Below, piece by piece: positions 1-10,703 of a stretch of DNA of 64,000 nucleotides; position 1 is the stretch's first letter; the number at the start of each line of letters is the position of its first letter. A program made the translations under genes and the position numbers. The stretch is from contig JAWLBL010000015.1 in the NCBI GenBank assembly GCA_041687695.1, forward strand, positions 35,627 through 99,626. The letters are read 5' to 3'. Source of the DNA: Myxococcota bacterium (GTDB lineage: Bacteria > Myxococcota_A > UBA9042 > PHBI01 > JAWLBL01). The notes below the pieces were generated by a model. That model had not been told where the DNA came from. It saw only the letters and a list, made by a program, of their open reading frames with translations, and did not search any database.

Positions 1-2
1 AC

Positions 3-473
3 GGCCTCGGCCAGGACCAGGCGAACTACTTCCCCAAGCGCATCGCCGAGAGCCAGGCGACCTGGAAGATCGCCTTCGGCCACCACCCCTACCTGTCCAA
101 CGGCAAGCACGGGCACGCGGGCGAGTACGAGAGCCTGCCCTTCGTGCCGATCGTCAACGGCGAGGGGGTCAAGAAGGCCTACGACGCCTACCTGTGCGGC
201 AAGGTCGACGTTCTGATCGCGGGCCACGACCACTCGCGCCAGTGGCTCGAGCAAAACAGCAAGTGCCCGGGCACCGAGCTGTTCGTGTCGGGGGCCGGAG
301 CCTCGACGACCGAGATCAAAGACGAGAGCCTCTTCTTCAAGCCGGTGCCGGCCTGGTTCCAGGACGCCGACAAGCGGGGCTTTCTGTGGGTGAAGATCGA
401 GGGCAACAGCTTCTACGGCGAGTTCATCGATGACCAGGGCAACGTCGACTTCGCGCGCGAGTTCACCAAGTAG
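3..473 (+). CDS. Metallophosphoesterase (purple/tartrate-resistant acid phosphatase-like), 5' end outside the window
   Basis: Frame open from base 3: WKIAFGHHPYLSNGKHG ... VDVLIAGHDH ... FVSGAGA, the C-terminal calcineurin-like phosphoesterase motifs. Confidence 0.85.
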   Translation, partial: GLGQDQANYFPKRIAESQATWKIAFGHHPYLSNGKHGHAGEYESLPFVPIVNGEGVKKAYDAYLCGKVDVLIAGHDHSRQWLEQNSKCPGTELFVSGAGASTTEIKDESLFFKPVPAWFQDADKRGFLWVKIEGNSFYGEFIDDQGNVDFAREFTK

Positions 474-490
474 TCCCGGAGGCGAGCCCG

Positions 491-1633
491 TTGCTGCCGC
501 TGGCTGAAGCCGCGCAGACGCTGCGGGCGGCCTTCGAGCGCGCCAGCCGCGGGCTGGTCGAGCGCGAGGTGCTGGTCGAGCTGGTCGCCCTGGCGGCGGT
601 GGCCGGCGAGCACGTCCTGGTGGTCGGCCCGCCCGGCACGGCCAAGAGCGAGGCCGTGCGTCGCGTGTCGGCGGCGCTGGGCGGGCGCTACTTCGAGTAC
701 CTCTTGGGGCGCTTCACCGAGCCGAGCGAGCTGTTCGGGCCGGTCGATCTGCGGCAGCTGCGCGAGGGGCGGGTCGAGACCGACACCAGCGGGATGCTGC
801 CCGAGGCCGAGGTGGCCTTCCTGGACGAGGTGTTCCTGGGCTCGACCGCCATCCTGAACACGCTGCTGGGGCTGCTCAACGAGCGGCGCTTCCGGCGCGG
901 CCACACCGACGTCCCGGTGCCGCTGCGCGTGTGCGTCGGCGCGACCAACCTGCTGCCCGACGAGCCGGCGCTGGCGGCCTTCGCCGACCGCTTCCTGGTC
1001 CGCGCCTTCATCGAGGGCATCCCCGACCCGCGCCTGGAAGACCTGCTCGAGTCGGGCTGGGCCCTGGACCGGCAGCCGCCTCAGGGCGGCGCCAGCATCG
1101 CGCACCTGGACCGGCTGGCGACGGCGGCGCGCGACGTCGACCTCAGCGCCGTCAGGCCCCACCTGGCCCACGCGGTGCGCCTGCTGCGCAGCTCGGGCAT
1201 CTCGCTGTCGGACCGGCGCATCGTCAAGAGCCAGCGCCTGGTGGCCGCAGCGGCGACCCTGGCCGGCCGCACCACCGCGACGGCGGCCGACCTGTGGCCC
1301 ATCATCTACGTGGTGCCCACGGCCGAGGCGCAGGAGGTGGCCCGCGACGTGCTGCGCGACCGCCTGGCGACCTCGCGCAACGCCAACGTGCCGGCGGCGG
1401 CCGCCGAGGCCAGCCTGGGGCCGCTGGCGCGCGCCGACCGCATCGCCGAGCGCGGGCGGCAGCTGCTGGCCGCGATGCCCGACCGCGCCGACGCCGAGGC
1501 GATGGGCCGCTGGCGCCTGGCGGCCGAGAGCGTCGGCCGCGCCATCGACGCCACCTTCGACCGCGACGCGCTGCCCGACGAGCTGCGCCAGCTGAGGGCG
1601 ACGCTGCTGCGGGTCATCAGCGACGCCGCCTGA
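491..1633 (+). CDS. MoxR/RavA-family AAA+ ATPase
   Basis: Walker A GPPGTAKS, FEYLLGRFTEPSELFGP, Walker B FLDEVF, ILNTLL..LNER, DRF and SDRR motifs. Confidence 0.92.
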   Translation: MLPLAEAAQTLRAAFERASRGLVEREVLVELVALAAVAGEHVLVVGPPGTAKSEAVRRVSAALGGRYFEYLLGRFTEPSELFGPVDLRQLREGRVETDTSGMLPEAEVAFLDEVFLGSTAILNTLLGLLNERRFRRGHTDVPVPLRVCVGATNLLPDEPALAAFADRFLVRAFIEGIPDPRLEDLLESGWALDRQPPQGGASIAHLDRLATAARDVDLSAVRPHLAHAVRLLRSSGISLSDRRIVKSQRLVAAAATLAGRTTATAADLWPIIYVVPTAEAQEVARDVLRDRLATSRNANVPAAAAEASLGPLARADRIAERGRQLLAAMPDRADAEAMGRWRLAAESVGRAIDATFDRDALPDELRQLRATLLRVISDAA

Positions 1634-2064
1634 TGGCCGCCGGGACGGTCGCGGTGACCTGGGGCCCGCGCGCCGAGCCGCTGACGCCGTGCGCGGTCGT
1701 CGGGCTGGGCGAGGCGGCGGCCGCGCTCGGCCGACGGCTGCTCGAGGCGGCGCCCGAGGGCCTGCTCGCGGTCGCCGGCGACGACCTGTTGCTGCTGTCC
1801 GGGCCCGAGGAGGCGCTGCCCTGGGTCGACGGGCTGGTCTGGCTGGGCCGCGACCCCGAGGCCGCCGAGCTGCTGATGCCGACGACGCTGCAGCCCTCGG
1901 CGCCGGCCGCGCTGGTGCAGCGCGCGCTGCTCGACCGCTTCGGGGCCGACGGCGGGCCCTGGGCGGTGCTGCCCGGGCAGGGGCGGGTCGTGTCGTGCGC
2001 GACGCTGCGGCCGCTGGAGCCCGAGCGGCTGACGCGCTGGCTGGCGTCGCGAGGCCGGCCGTGA
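1633..2064 (+). CDS. Small accessory protein of MoxR-vWA-beta-propeller system (bpX5-like)
   Basis: ATG overlaps the ATPase stop (TGATG); 143 aa with LPWVDGLVWLGRDP..LLMPT; 3' part of ORF 931..2064. Confidence 0.7.
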   Translation: MAAGTVAVTWGPRAEPLTPCAVVGLGEAAAALGRRLLEAAPEGLLAVAGDDLLLLSGPEEALPWVDGLVWLGRDPEAAELLMPTTLQPSAPAALVQRALLDRFGADGGPWAVLPGQGRVVSCATLRPLEPERLTRWLASRGRP

Positions 2065-3851
2065 GGAGCGCCGCGGCGCCGCCCCGCCTGCCGCGCCCGC
2101 TGGCGGCATGGGCCGAGGAGCTGGCCGTGTTCCCGCACGACCTGGCGCTGTCGCTGGGCGCCTGGCTCGAGCGGCTGTCGCTGGCCGTCGGGCCCTGGCG
2201 GCTGCCGGCGCTGGCGGGGAGCGGGGCCCCGGACGGGTACGGCGGCGTCGGGCGGCGCGGCAGCTACGAGCGGCTGCTGCACGGCGAGTGGCTGCTGGCG
2301 GCCGAGCTGCCCCAGGAGTTCGTGCGCCGGGCGGCGATGAGCGAGCACAGCTTCTTCGAACTGCAGCACGAGGCGCCCGCCGGGGCGCGGCGCTCGGTGG
2401 CGCTGTTCGACGCGGGGCCGCGGCAGCTGGGGTCGCCGCGCGTCGCCCAGCTGGCGCTGCTGCTGGTGCTGGCGCGGCGCGCGGCCGCCGCGGGGGCCAG
2501 CTTCGCCTGGGGCGTCCTGCAGGACCCGGCGGCGGGCCTCACCGAGGGCGTCGACGCGGCCGGCGTGCAGCGCCTGGTCGACACGCGCCTGGTCAGCGAC
2601 GCGACCCAGCGCGAGGTCGAGGCCTGGCAGCTGGCCCTGGTCGCGGCGGCGGGCGCGGACGACCCGCGGCGGGCCGACGACCTGTGGCTGGTCGGCGCGC
2701 CGGGGCTGTCACAGCGGGCGCACCACCTGGCGACCAGCCTGGTCGAGGTCGCCGACGTGCTGGACCCGGGGCGCCGGCAGGTCGCCGTCGACGTCATGCG
2801 CTGGCGCTCCGAGCGGCACCACCTCGTGCTGGACCTGCCGCCGTCCGACGCTTGCGCGCGCCTGTTGCGCAACCCGCTGGACGCCCCGCCGGGCGCGGTG
2901 TCCGGCGCCCATCTGGATCTGGACGGCAACCTGCTCTTCACGCCCAGCGGCCGGCAGGTCATCGCCCGGCAGGCGGACGGCGCGGTCGTCGCCCACACCA
3001 TCGGCAAAGGCCAGGCGAGCGCGCGCCGCAAGGCTCTGGCACCCGACGAGCGCTTGGTGGGCGTCGGCTGGCACAAGCGGCGTCTCGTCCATGCGACCTG
3101 GTCCGACGAACGTCTCAGGATTCACGGGCTGAGCGGTCTGGACGCGGAGTTCCTCGAGGTCGCGAGCAACCCCGAGTTCGTGCCCCCGGTCGCGGGCGCG
3201 CCGCTGGTGGGCTGCTACCCGGGCACCACGCACCGCGACCGCGGGCGCCTCGTGCTCGTGCTCGACGGCCGGCGCCAGCTCTTCGAAGTGGTGGTCCGCG
3301 AGCGCGCTCTGCGCGCGCTGGGGCTGGTGGTCGAAGATGTCGCCTGGATGACCTGGGGCGCGGCCTTCCTGTTTCGTGGCGGCGCCGAGGACGGCGGCCC
3401 CAACCTGCTGACCATCGACACGCTGGGGCGCGCCCGCCGGCACGCCTGGTCGGTGCGTTGGCCCGGCGGGACCCGCGCCCTGCTCGGCGGAGGGTCGCGT
3501 CAGACGCACACGTTCGCCGCCATCGAGTACGGCTACGGCGTCTGGAAGATCGCCCACGACACCATCGACGACGTCGAGCTGAACGCCGGGGAGCAGGCCA
3601 TCGGACTTCTGGCCCGGCACTGGCTGCGTGGACGGCCCGAGTTGGTGACTCTGACGCCAGATGGGCGCGAGGTCCGCTGGGCGCAAGAAGGGCCCGCGAA
3701 CGCCATCCGCGCGCCCTCCCGGATCGCATCGGCCGCGATCAGCCACGAGGCGCAGCGTGTCGCCTTGCTGACGAACCACGGGCAGCTACAGGTCTACGAC
3801 CTCGTCAGCGGCCAGCTGCTGCTGGACGTGCTGCCGGGGGACGCGCCATGA
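2061..3851 (+). CDS. Degenerate vWA domain plus C-terminal beta-propeller-like region
   Basis: GTGA overlap with upstream gene; PDGYGGVGRRGSYERLL..EW, VALFDAGPRQLGSPR (degenerate MIDAS); beta-rich C-terminal half ending QLQVYDLVSGQ. Confidence 0.7.
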   Translation: MRSAAAPPRLPRPLAAWAEELAVFPHDLALSLGAWLERLSLAVGPWRLPALAGSGAPDGYGGVGRRGSYERLLHGEWLLAAELPQEFVRRAAMSEHSFFELQHEAPAGARRSVALFDAGPRQLGSPRVAQLALLLVLARRAAAAGASFAWGVLQDPAAGLTEGVDAAGVQRLVDTRLVSDATQREVEAWQLALVAAAGADDPRRADDLWLVGAPGLSQRAHHLATSLVEVADVLDPGRRQVAVDVMRWRSERHHLVLDLPPSDACARLLRNPLDAPPGAVSGAHLDLDGNLLFTPSGRQVIARQADGAVVAHTIGKGQASARRKALAPDERLVGVGWHKRRLVHATWSDERLRIHGLSGLDAEFLEVASNPEFVPPVAGAPLVGCYPGTTHRDRGRLVLVLDGRRQLFEVVVRERALRALGLVVEDVAWMTWGAAFLFRGGAEDGGPNLLTIDTLGRARRHAWSVRWPGGTRALLGGGSRQTHTFAAIEYGYGVWKIAHDTIDDVELNAGEQAIGLLARHWLRGRPELVTLTPDGREVRWAQEGPANAIRAPSRIASAAISHEAQRVALLTNHGQLQVYDLVSGQLLLDVLPGDAP

Positions 3852-6595
3852 ACCTGCGCGCCGTCCTGCCGCCGGTCGTGCGTCCGCGCGCGACGCACCA
3901 CGTCGGGTGGGTCGCGGCCGAGGGGCTGCTCTTCGACGAGGCGCCGCTGGGCGAGGCCGAGCTGCGGCGGCGCGTGCTGGCCCACTGGACGCCCGGCGCC
4001 GTGGTCCTGCGCGTCTCCGAGGGGTTGGTGCTGCTGCCGCCGCGCGCAATCATGGTGCGCTGCGAAGCCATCGGCGCGCTGCCGCTGACCCGCCTCGGCG
4101 CGGTCCTGGCCTCGGCGCCGCTGACCCTGCACGAGCTGGAGGCGCTGGACCCGCCGGCGGGCTCGCTGGTGCTGGTCAAGCACGGCGTCGCCATCGCGGT
4201 CGCCCTGGACGCGCAGGCCCTGGTCGACCCGGCCGAGTGGCTGGATCTGGGGCCGCTCGAGCCCACGCGGCCCGACGCCGTGGCCTCCGCGCCGGCCAGC
4301 CCGCCCACGCTGGCGCCGGTGGTCCCGACCCGCGCGCGGCTACTGGGGGCCGGCGAGCAGGCGCCGAGCGAGCTGGCCGAGGTGGTCGCCGCCCTCGAGC
4401 GCGCCCGCGAGGCGCCCGAAGCCGCGGACGCGGGCCCCGGTGTCGCCCAGCGCCTCGGCGCCAGCCTGGGCCGGTTGTGGTCTCGCCTGTTGCGACGCGA
4501 CAAGGTCGCCGCGGTCGACGCCGACCGTCCGCCGCGGCGGCCGGGGCGGCTCGCGCGCTGGGGGCAGGCCCTGCGCGGCCGGGTCGTGCGCTGGCTGGGG
4601 CTGGCTGGGCTCGGCGCCCTGATCGGCCGCCGCCAGGCCCGGTACATCGGCCGCATGATGGAGATGTTCGAGAAGGGCTCGCTCGACGAGGCCCTTCGCC
4701 ACGCCATCCCGCTCAGCGCGCACCGGCCGCCCTCGGCGCTGCAGATGGACCCGCTGCGGCTGCCGCGGCCGCGCCGCGACCTGCGGGTGTCCTCGGCGGG
4801 GCAGGGGCCGACCATGGGCGTGGCGCTGCAGGACGCGCTGTACGACCAGCTGCGCCAGATGTATCGCGTGGCCTTCAACCGCCTGAAGTTCCAGGAGCGC
4901 ATCCCCGAGGCGGCCTTCGTGCTGGCCGAGCTGCTCGACGAGCCCGAGCGCGCGGTGGAGCTGTGCGAGGAGACGGGGCTGCTGACCCTGGCGGCCGAGA
5001 TCGCCGAGGCGCGCGAGCTGCCCCCGGGGTTGGTGGTGCGCCAGTGGTTCCTGGCGGGTGACCGGGCGCGGGCGGTGCGGCTGGCGCGGCGCGGCGGGGC
5101 CTTCGCGGACGCGGTGGTGCGGCTCGAGCGGACGGACCCGGCGGCGGCCGACGCGCTGCGCCTGCTTTGGGCCGACGCGATGGCCGAGTCGGGCGACTTC
5201 CCGACCGCGGTCGACGTGGTGTGGCCGGTCGAGGCGGCGCGCTCGCTGGCGCGCGCGTGGATGGACCGGGCGGTCGCGGTCGGCGGCGCGACGGCGGCGC
5301 GGATGCTGGCGCGCAAGGCGGCGCTGGTGCCCGAGGCCTTCGCGGACGTGTGCGGGCAGGCGCTGGCGCTGCTGGACGACGAGCGGCCCGAGGCCGAGCC
5401 GGCGCGGCGGGCCTTCGTCGAGGCGCTGGAGGCGGGGCCGGCGACCCGCGAGACGGCGACGCTGGCGCGGCCGGCGCTGCGGGCGTGGGTGCGAGACCGG
5501 GCGGCCCACGGGCGGGTGCCGCAGCGGCGCGAGCTGGAGCGGCTGCTGGCGCTGGCGGACGACGGGGCGCTGCGGGCGGACGTGCGGCGGCTGGGGCTGG
5601 GTCCGGCGGGGGCGACGGCGCCCGAGCGGCCGGCGGTCGTGCGGCTGGAGGCGCTGGGTGGCGGGGCGCTGGAGCCGCGCGACGCGGCGCTGACGGCCGA
5701 CGGGCGGCTGCTGGTGGCGCTGGGCGAGGCGGGGACGCGGCTGGTCACGCTGGATGGGCGGGCGGTGGCGCACTTCGAGGCGCCGGCGGACCGGCTGGTG
5801 ATGGCGGACGGCGGGGACCGGGCGCTGGCGGTGGCCTCGCGCGGCGGGCTGACGCGCGTGACCCGCGTCGACCTGGCGGGGCGGCAGGTGCGGCCCTGGG
5901 GCGAGCTGGCGCTGACGACTTGGGCGCCGACCTACGACGGGTCGCTGTGGTTCGTGGCCAACGGCGACGCGGTCGAGGCGCTGGACGCGCTGGCGGACGC
6001 GCCGGCCAGCCTGTGGCGGGTGGGCGACCTGGGCGGGACCGTGGCCTATCTGGCGCGATCGGAGCGGCGGCTGTCGTTCCTGGTCGAGGACCCCGCGGCG
6101 CTCGACCGGCCGGGCGACGACTCGCCCTGGGCGCTGTGGACCTACGGGCTGCCCGATCCGCGGCTGAAGACGCGGGCGCCGGTGCGCTTCGACGTCGGCG
6201 CCGAGGTCGGCCTGGCGCTGGGGCTGGCGCCCGAGGGCGTCGCCGTGGGCCTGCGGACGGCGGACGAGGCCAGCGAGCTGGTGCTGCGCCCGCACGGCGC
6301 CCACATGCCGCCGACGCCCAGCGCGCTGCCGCCCCGCGAGGGCGCCATCCACCTGCGGGCGGCCTTCTCGCAGCGCTGGATGGCGGTGCCGCGCATGTCG
6401 GTTGCGCCGCTGTCGGCCGACGTGCACGTCTACGACCGGATGGACGGGGCGCTGGCCGTGCGGGTCGAGCTGATCGGCTGCGCGCCCGTCGCCGTGCGCC
6501 TGCAGGACCGCCTGATGACGCTGGTGGACGATCGCGGCCGGGTCGCCGTCGTGGACCTCGACCTCGGCGAGCTGTGGCGGCACGTCAGGCTCTGA
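3848..6595 (+). CDS. bpX6-like domain protein with helical middle and C-terminal beta-propeller
   Basis: ATGA overlap; LGEAELRRRVLAHW, QARYIGRMMEMFEKGSLDEALRHAIPL, EAAFVLAELL; beta-rich tail; 3' part of ORF 2108..6595. Confidence 0.7.
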   Translation: MNLRAVLPPVVRPRATHHVGWVAAEGLLFDEAPLGEAELRRRVLAHWTPGAVVLRVSEGLVLLPPRAIMVRCEAIGALPLTRLGAVLASAPLTLHELEALDPPAGSLVLVKHGVAIAVALDAQALVDPAEWLDLGPLEPTRPDAVASAPASPPTLAPVVPTRARLLGAGEQAPSELAEVVAALERAREAPEAADAGPGVAQRLGASLGRLWSRLLRRDKVAAVDADRPPRRPGRLARWGQALRGRVVRWLGLAGLGALIGRRQARYIGRMMEMFEKGSLDEALRHAIPLSAHRPPSALQMDPLRLPRPRRDLRVSSAGQGPTMGVALQDALYDQLRQMYRVAFNRLKFQERIPEAAFVLAELLDEPERAVELCEETGLLTLAAEIAEARELPPGLVVRQWFLAGDRARAVRLARRGGAFADAVVRLERTDPAAADALRLLWADAMAESGDFPTAVDVVWPVEAARSLARAWMDRAVAVGGATAARMLARKAALVPEAFADVCGQALALLDDERPEAEPARRAFVEALEAGPATRETATLARPALRAWVRDRAAHGRVPQRRELERLLALADDGALRADVRRLGLGPAGATAPERPAVVRLEALGGGALEPRDAALTADGRLLVALGEAGTRLVTLDGRAVAHFEAPADRLVMADGGDRALAVASRGGLTRVTRVDLAGRQVRPWGELALTTWAPTYDGSLWFVANGDAVEALDALADAPASLWRVGDLGGTVAYLARSERRLSFLVEDPAALDRPGDDSPWALWTYGLPDPRLKTRAPVRFDVGAEVGLALGLAPEGVAVGLRTADEASELVLRPHGAHMPPTPSALPPREGAIHLRAAFSQRWMAVPRMSVAPLSADVHVYDRMDGALAVRVELIGCAPVAVRLQDRLMTLVDDRGRVAVVDLDLGELWRHVRL

Positions 6596-6725
6596 GCGCG
6601 GCGCGGCCCCCGCGGCGAAGCGGTCTTGGCGCCGCCGCCCTTGCGTCACGGGGCCCGGGGGCATATGACTCTCCGCCTTCCCCGACCCCCGGCATCGCCC
6701 GACACCCGCGCCCCCGAGGCCCCCG

Positions 6726-7727
6726 ATGAAGTCGACCCGTCTCCTCCGACCTGCGCTCGCCCTGGCCCTCGTGGCCCTGCTCGCCCCCGGCTGCAAGAAG
6801 GACGCGGCCGAAGCGCCCCCGGGCGCCGCCCAGAACGGCGGTTCTGGCGGCGGCGGCGGCGGCGCCATCGACACCAAGGGGTTCCCGGCGGTCGGCGAGG
6901 CGCCGCAGATCGAGGTGGTCAACCAGGGCGCCGAGCCCCGCCAGCAGCTGCGCTACAAGGTCCAGGCGGGCCACTCCGAGCAGATGCTGATGGTCATGAA
7001 CATGCAGATGTCCATGACCATGGGCGGCAACGCGATGCCGTCGGCCGAGCTGCCCGCGATGGAGCTGTCGGCGGCGGTGGACGTCAAGGAGGTGACGGGC
7101 GAGGGCGACATCCGCTACGAGTTCCGCTTCACCGACGCCAACGTGGTCGAGTCGCCGTCGGTCAACCCGCAGGTGGTCGCGGCCATCCGCGACGCGCTGC
7201 AGGGCGTGACGACCCTCAAGGGCGAGGCCGTCGTGTCGCCGCGGGGCGTGGTGAAGAAGGCCGCCATCGACGTGTCGGGCATCGAGAACCCGCAGCTCAA
7301 GCAGATGATGGAGAACCTGCAGCGCTCGCTCGACCAGATGTCGGTGCCGCTGCCCGAGCAGGCGGTCGGCCAGGGCGCCGAGTGGAAGGTCAAGCAGGCC
7401 ATCGAGCAGGGCGGCCTGCGGGTGTTCCAGACGTCGACCATGAAGCTGGCGTCGCTCGAGGGCGACAAGGTCAAGCTCGACGTCCAGGTCGAGCAGAACG
7501 CGCCCCAGCAGACCTTCTCGCCGCCGGGCATGCCGTCGGGCGCCTCGGCGCAGATCGACAAGCTCCACACGACGGGCGCGGGGACGACCACGGTCGACCT
7601 CAACCGCATCATCCCGACCTCCAAGCTGAACATGAAGACCAACATGGCGATGGTCATCCAGATGGGCGACCAGCGGCAGCCGATGGGGACCGACATGACG
7701 GTCGACATGTCCATCCAGCCCAAGTAA
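6726..7727 (+). CDS. Lipoprotein of unknown function (DUF6263-like beta-rich)
   Basis: Signal peptide with lipobox [15 protein letters not shown] and [13 protein letters not shown] motifs; host-like codon use. Confidence 0.75.
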   Translation: MKSTRLLRPALALALVALLAPGCKKDAAEAPPGAAQNGGSGGGGGGAIDTKGFPAVGEAPQIEVVNQGAEPRQQLRYKVQAGHSEQMLMVMNMQMSMTMGGNAMPSAELPAMELSAAVDVKEVTGEGDIRYEFRFTDANVVESPSVNPQVVAAIRDALQGVTTLKGEAVVSPRGVVKKAAIDVSGIENPQLKQMMENLQRSLDQMSVPLPEQAVGQGAEWKVKQAIEQGGLRVFQTSTMKLASLEGDKVKLDVQVEQNAPQQTFSPPGMPSGASAQIDKLHTTGAGTTTVDLNRIIPTSKLNMKTNMAMVIQMGDQRQPMGTDMTVDMSIQPK

Positions 7728-7734
7728 CGACGCC

Positions 7735-8634
7735 GTGACGCTGCCGCCCGAGACGACCGCCCGCCTGCTCATCACCTGCCCCGACCGCCCCGGCATCGTC
7801 GCGGCGGTCGCGGGCTTCATGCACGCGCACGGCGCCAACATCACCGCCCTCGACCAGCACTCGACCGATCCCGAGGGCGGGACCTTCTTCATGCGCCTCG
7901 AGTTCCAGACCCCCCACCTGGATCTCTCCCGCGCCGCCTTCGAGCGCGCCTTCCAGTCGGTGGTCGCCTCGCGCTTCTCGATGGACTGGCGCCTCAGCTA
8001 CGCCGCCGCCCCCAAGCGCCTGGTCATCCTGGTCTCCAAGTGGGACCACGCCCTGCTCGAGCTGCTCTGGCAGACCAGCCGCGGCGAGCTGAACGCCCGC
8101 GTCGCCATGGTCATCAGCAACCACCCCGACCTGCGCGCGGCCACCGAGGCCTTCGGCGTCCCCTACCACCACGTCCCGGTCGCCCGCGACACCAAGGCCG
8201 AGTCCGAGGCCCGCATCCTCGAGCTCATCGCCGGCATGGACCCCGAGGCGGCTGAGGGACCGGCCGCCCCCCACGCGATCGTCCTCGCCCGCTACATGCA
8301 GATCCTGTCGGCCGACTTCGTCGACCGCTTCCCCAGCCGCATCATCAACATCCACCACTCCTTTTTGCCCGCCTTCGTCGGCGCCAACCCCTACCACCGC
8401 GCCTCCGAGCGCGGCGTCAAGCTCATCGGCGCCACCGCCCACTACGTCACCTCCGAGCTCGACGCCGGCCCCATCATCGAGCAGGACGTCGGCCGCGTCT
8501 CCCACCGCGACACGGTCCGCGACCTCATCGACCTGGGCCGCGACCTCGAGCGCCGCGTCCTCGCCCGCGCCGTCCGCTGGCACTGCGAGGACCGCCTGCT
8601 CGTCCACGAGAACAAGACCGTCGTCTTCCGCTAG
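7735..8634 (+). CDS. purU: Formyltetrahydrofolate deformylase
   Basis: N-terminal ACT domain [56 protein letters not shown]. Confidence 0.97.
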   Translation: MTLPPETTARLLITCPDRPGIVAAVAGFMHAHGANITALDQHSTDPEGGTFFMRLEFQTPHLDLSRAAFERAFQSVVASRFSMDWRLSYAAAPKRLVILVSKWDHALLELLWQTSRGELNARVAMVISNHPDLRAATEAFGVPYHHVPVARDTKAESEARILELIAGMDPEAAEGPAAPHAIVLARYMQILSADFVDRFPSRIINIHHSFLPAFVGANPYHRASERGVKLIGATAHYVTSELDAGPIIEQDVGRVSHRDTVRDLIDLGRDLERRVLARAVRWHCEDRLLVHENKTVVFR

Positions 8635-8817
8635 CCGCCCCCGCCCGCGCCCCCCTGCAATGCCGTGAAACGCGATCCGTCCCGGACGGCTTGCGACCGC
8701 GCCGGGGCTGTGCTAGGACGCCGTCCACACGTAACGCCTAACGGGCTGGCAAGGGGCAGGGACGACCCCTCAAACAGCCGCCGTGATGCTGTCGAGACGG
8801 TATAGGAGGAGCAACGG

Positions 8818-9972
8818 ATGAAGGCGACGCAGTACGGGTTGATCTGGGGGCTCACACTCGCGACCGCGCTGACTAGCGCGTGCGCCAGCGCAGGGCGATG
8901 GTTCGACACCAAAGAAAACGTCGACAAGGAGTTCAATGACGGCAACGAGGGCGCGCTCGCCGACCGATGCATCGATGACACGGCAGCGTTCGAGACGAAT
9001 TCGGACTCGTACCATGTCGCTCAACATGCCTGTGGTCGGTACAACGAGCTGCAGGCCAAGAAGCTTGCGCAGGCGTATGAAGCGGGCAATTTCGAAACCG
9101 TCCAGGGGGTCTGCGAGGGTACAATCGACTTCATGAAGGACCCGAAGGGGCGGCAGGTCGTCCTGCGAGAGATGGCCATGCGCCAGACTCTCGAGGCGTA
9201 TCATGCGTATCGTCATGAAGTGTCCGGCATCGACAACAACAAGGAACCTCTTCGCTTCACGGCCTGCGCGATGATGATTGCCAATGCCAAGGGCAACGCG
9301 ATGGCCGAGTTGAAGACTGATGTCGCCGCCTGTAAGCCCGGTGATGAACTCTATCAGAAGTACATCGAAAAGGCTTTCTCTGGCATGAATAGCGGCGACC
9401 AGAAGACCGAAGCCTATCTGCTGCTCGGCTCAGGCATGGCCAAATGCAAGCAATGGGATTTCGTTTTCGAGAAGCTCGTGCACTGGGGCGGCGAGAGTGG
9501 CATGAAGCTGTTGAACAACCTGAGCCGTGACGGCCATGATGTCGCTGCTCTCACGCGTGACTACGTCACTCGCAAGAAGTCGAATGTGTTCGGATTCAAG
9601 CACGGCTCGCATGCGGCCGCCAACCTGGTGGCGTGGCTGCGTAATTCAAACAAGTTCGAGTGCGACTTCTATGTGAAGAACTACCCCAACTTTAGCCCGG
9701 ATTCTCACGGAGAGTGGCTGTACTACTTCGCGGAAGGCAACTGCACGAAGGCCGCACCGTTCGCCGTGAAGCGGCTCTCCAACGGCAACGCTCAGATCCG
9801 CCGGCAAGCCTGCAATGTTCTGGGTACGATTGGATCGAAGAAGGACATTCCCAAGCTTCAGGCGATCGCCGACAATGATGCGACTTTCGAGATCCAGGGT
9901 CTCAATACGAAGGTGTACTGGGTGCGTGATGCTTGTCGGAACTCGATCGGCAAGATCCAGCTGAGAAACTGA
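8818..9972 (+). CDS. Putative lipoprotein with C-terminal HEAT-like repeat
   Basis: GGAGGAG RBS; hydrophobic leader ending LTSAC; IRRQACNVLGTIG...IPKLQAIA..D...VRDAC; visibly lower GC than flanks. Confidence 0.75.
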   Translation: MKATQYGLIWGLTLATALTSACASAGRWFDTKENVDKEFNDGNEGALADRCIDDTAAFETNSDSYHVAQHACGRYNELQAKKLAQAYEAGNFETVQGVCEGTIDFMKDPKGRQVVLREMAMRQTLEAYHAYRHEVSGIDNNKEPLRFTACAMMIANAKGNAMAELKTDVAACKPGDELYQKYIEKAFSGMNSGDQKTEAYLLLGSGMAKCKQWDFVFEKLVHWGGESGMKLLNNLSRDGHDVAALTRDYVTRKKSNVFGFKHGSHAAANLVAWLRNSNKFECDFYVKNYPNFSPDSHGEWLYYFAEGNCTKAAPFAVKRLSNGNAQIRRQACNVLGTIGSKKDIPKLQAIADNDATFEIQGLNTKVYWVRDACRNSIGKIQLRN

Positions 9973-10036
9973 CAGCCAGACAATCGTGAGACAGTGAAGG
10001 CTGGGCGGACATCGGTCCGCTCAGCCTTCCTGCTTT

Positions 10037-10118
10037 CGGGCGACGGCGAGGAGGTCGAGGCCGGGCCTGGGGAGGACGTCGTCGAGGCGCTCGAGGGCCG
10101 GGGTGGGCAGCTCGGAGG
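10037..10118 (-). repeat. Displaced copy of the 3' end of the glycosyltransferase gene (matches 10841..10922)
   Basis: 82-nt direct repeat with 6 mismatches by manual alignment; PALERLDDVLPRPGLDLLAVAR vs PALERLDDVLPWPGLDLLAVAR. Confidence 0.9.
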
Positions 10119-10264
10119 GCGTGTGGGAAGGTCGAAGCCGACGTGGTTGTAGCGGACTGGTCCGAGGGGCCGCGAAGGGCTGGGGGCTGCGGACAGGACG
10201 GTGAACTGGTGGCGCCGGAACGCAGACCCTGTGTTCTGCCCGTGTGGCGATGCGCGCGTAGTCG

Positions 10265-10612
10265 TCACTCGGGCGGCTCGCCGCCATCGACGCACTCGGT
10301 GTCGCACACGGCACCGCCGGCTTCCATCACGCATTGGCCGTCGGACGAGTAGTAGCCGCCCTCGCAGGGGGGCCGCTCGGGGCAACGCTCGATGGGCAGC
10401 AAGTAGGCGCATCCTGCGCAGTAGGCGCCGCAGGTGTCGAAGGCGAGGCTGAAGTCTGGATAGGTGGGTTGGAGCCTGGTGCACCCATAGCGCACGTCGT
10501 CTTCGCTGATCAGCCCGCCGTGGAGGGAGCCGTAGGTCGTGGAGAATCCCGTGAGTGGGCAGCCATGGCAAGGGGGGACTGGGTCAAATCCAGGGTCGTC
10601 GCAAGTCCACAG
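10265..10612 (-). pseudogene. Probable 5'-truncated Cys-rich protein fragment
   Basis: Frame of ORF 10265..10495 stays open upstream (WTCDDPGFDPVPPCHGCPLTGF...) and runs into REP-like sequence near 10612; no convincing start. Confidence 0.4.
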
Positions 10613-10703
10613 CGGTCGGTTCCGCCGGCGCGCGGCGGCCGTCCAGAGCGCCGGTAGGGCCGGCTCTTTGGACGGCCGCCAAAGGCGTAGTTGGTCGCGA
10701 ACT

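Noticed and set aside
2108..3847. Long N-terminal extension of the bpX6-like gene (and similar extensions at 931 and 1689)
   Set aside because: Low-complexity Arg/Ala/Gly off-frame translation overlapping real genes; coupled starts at 1633, 2061 and 3848 fit better
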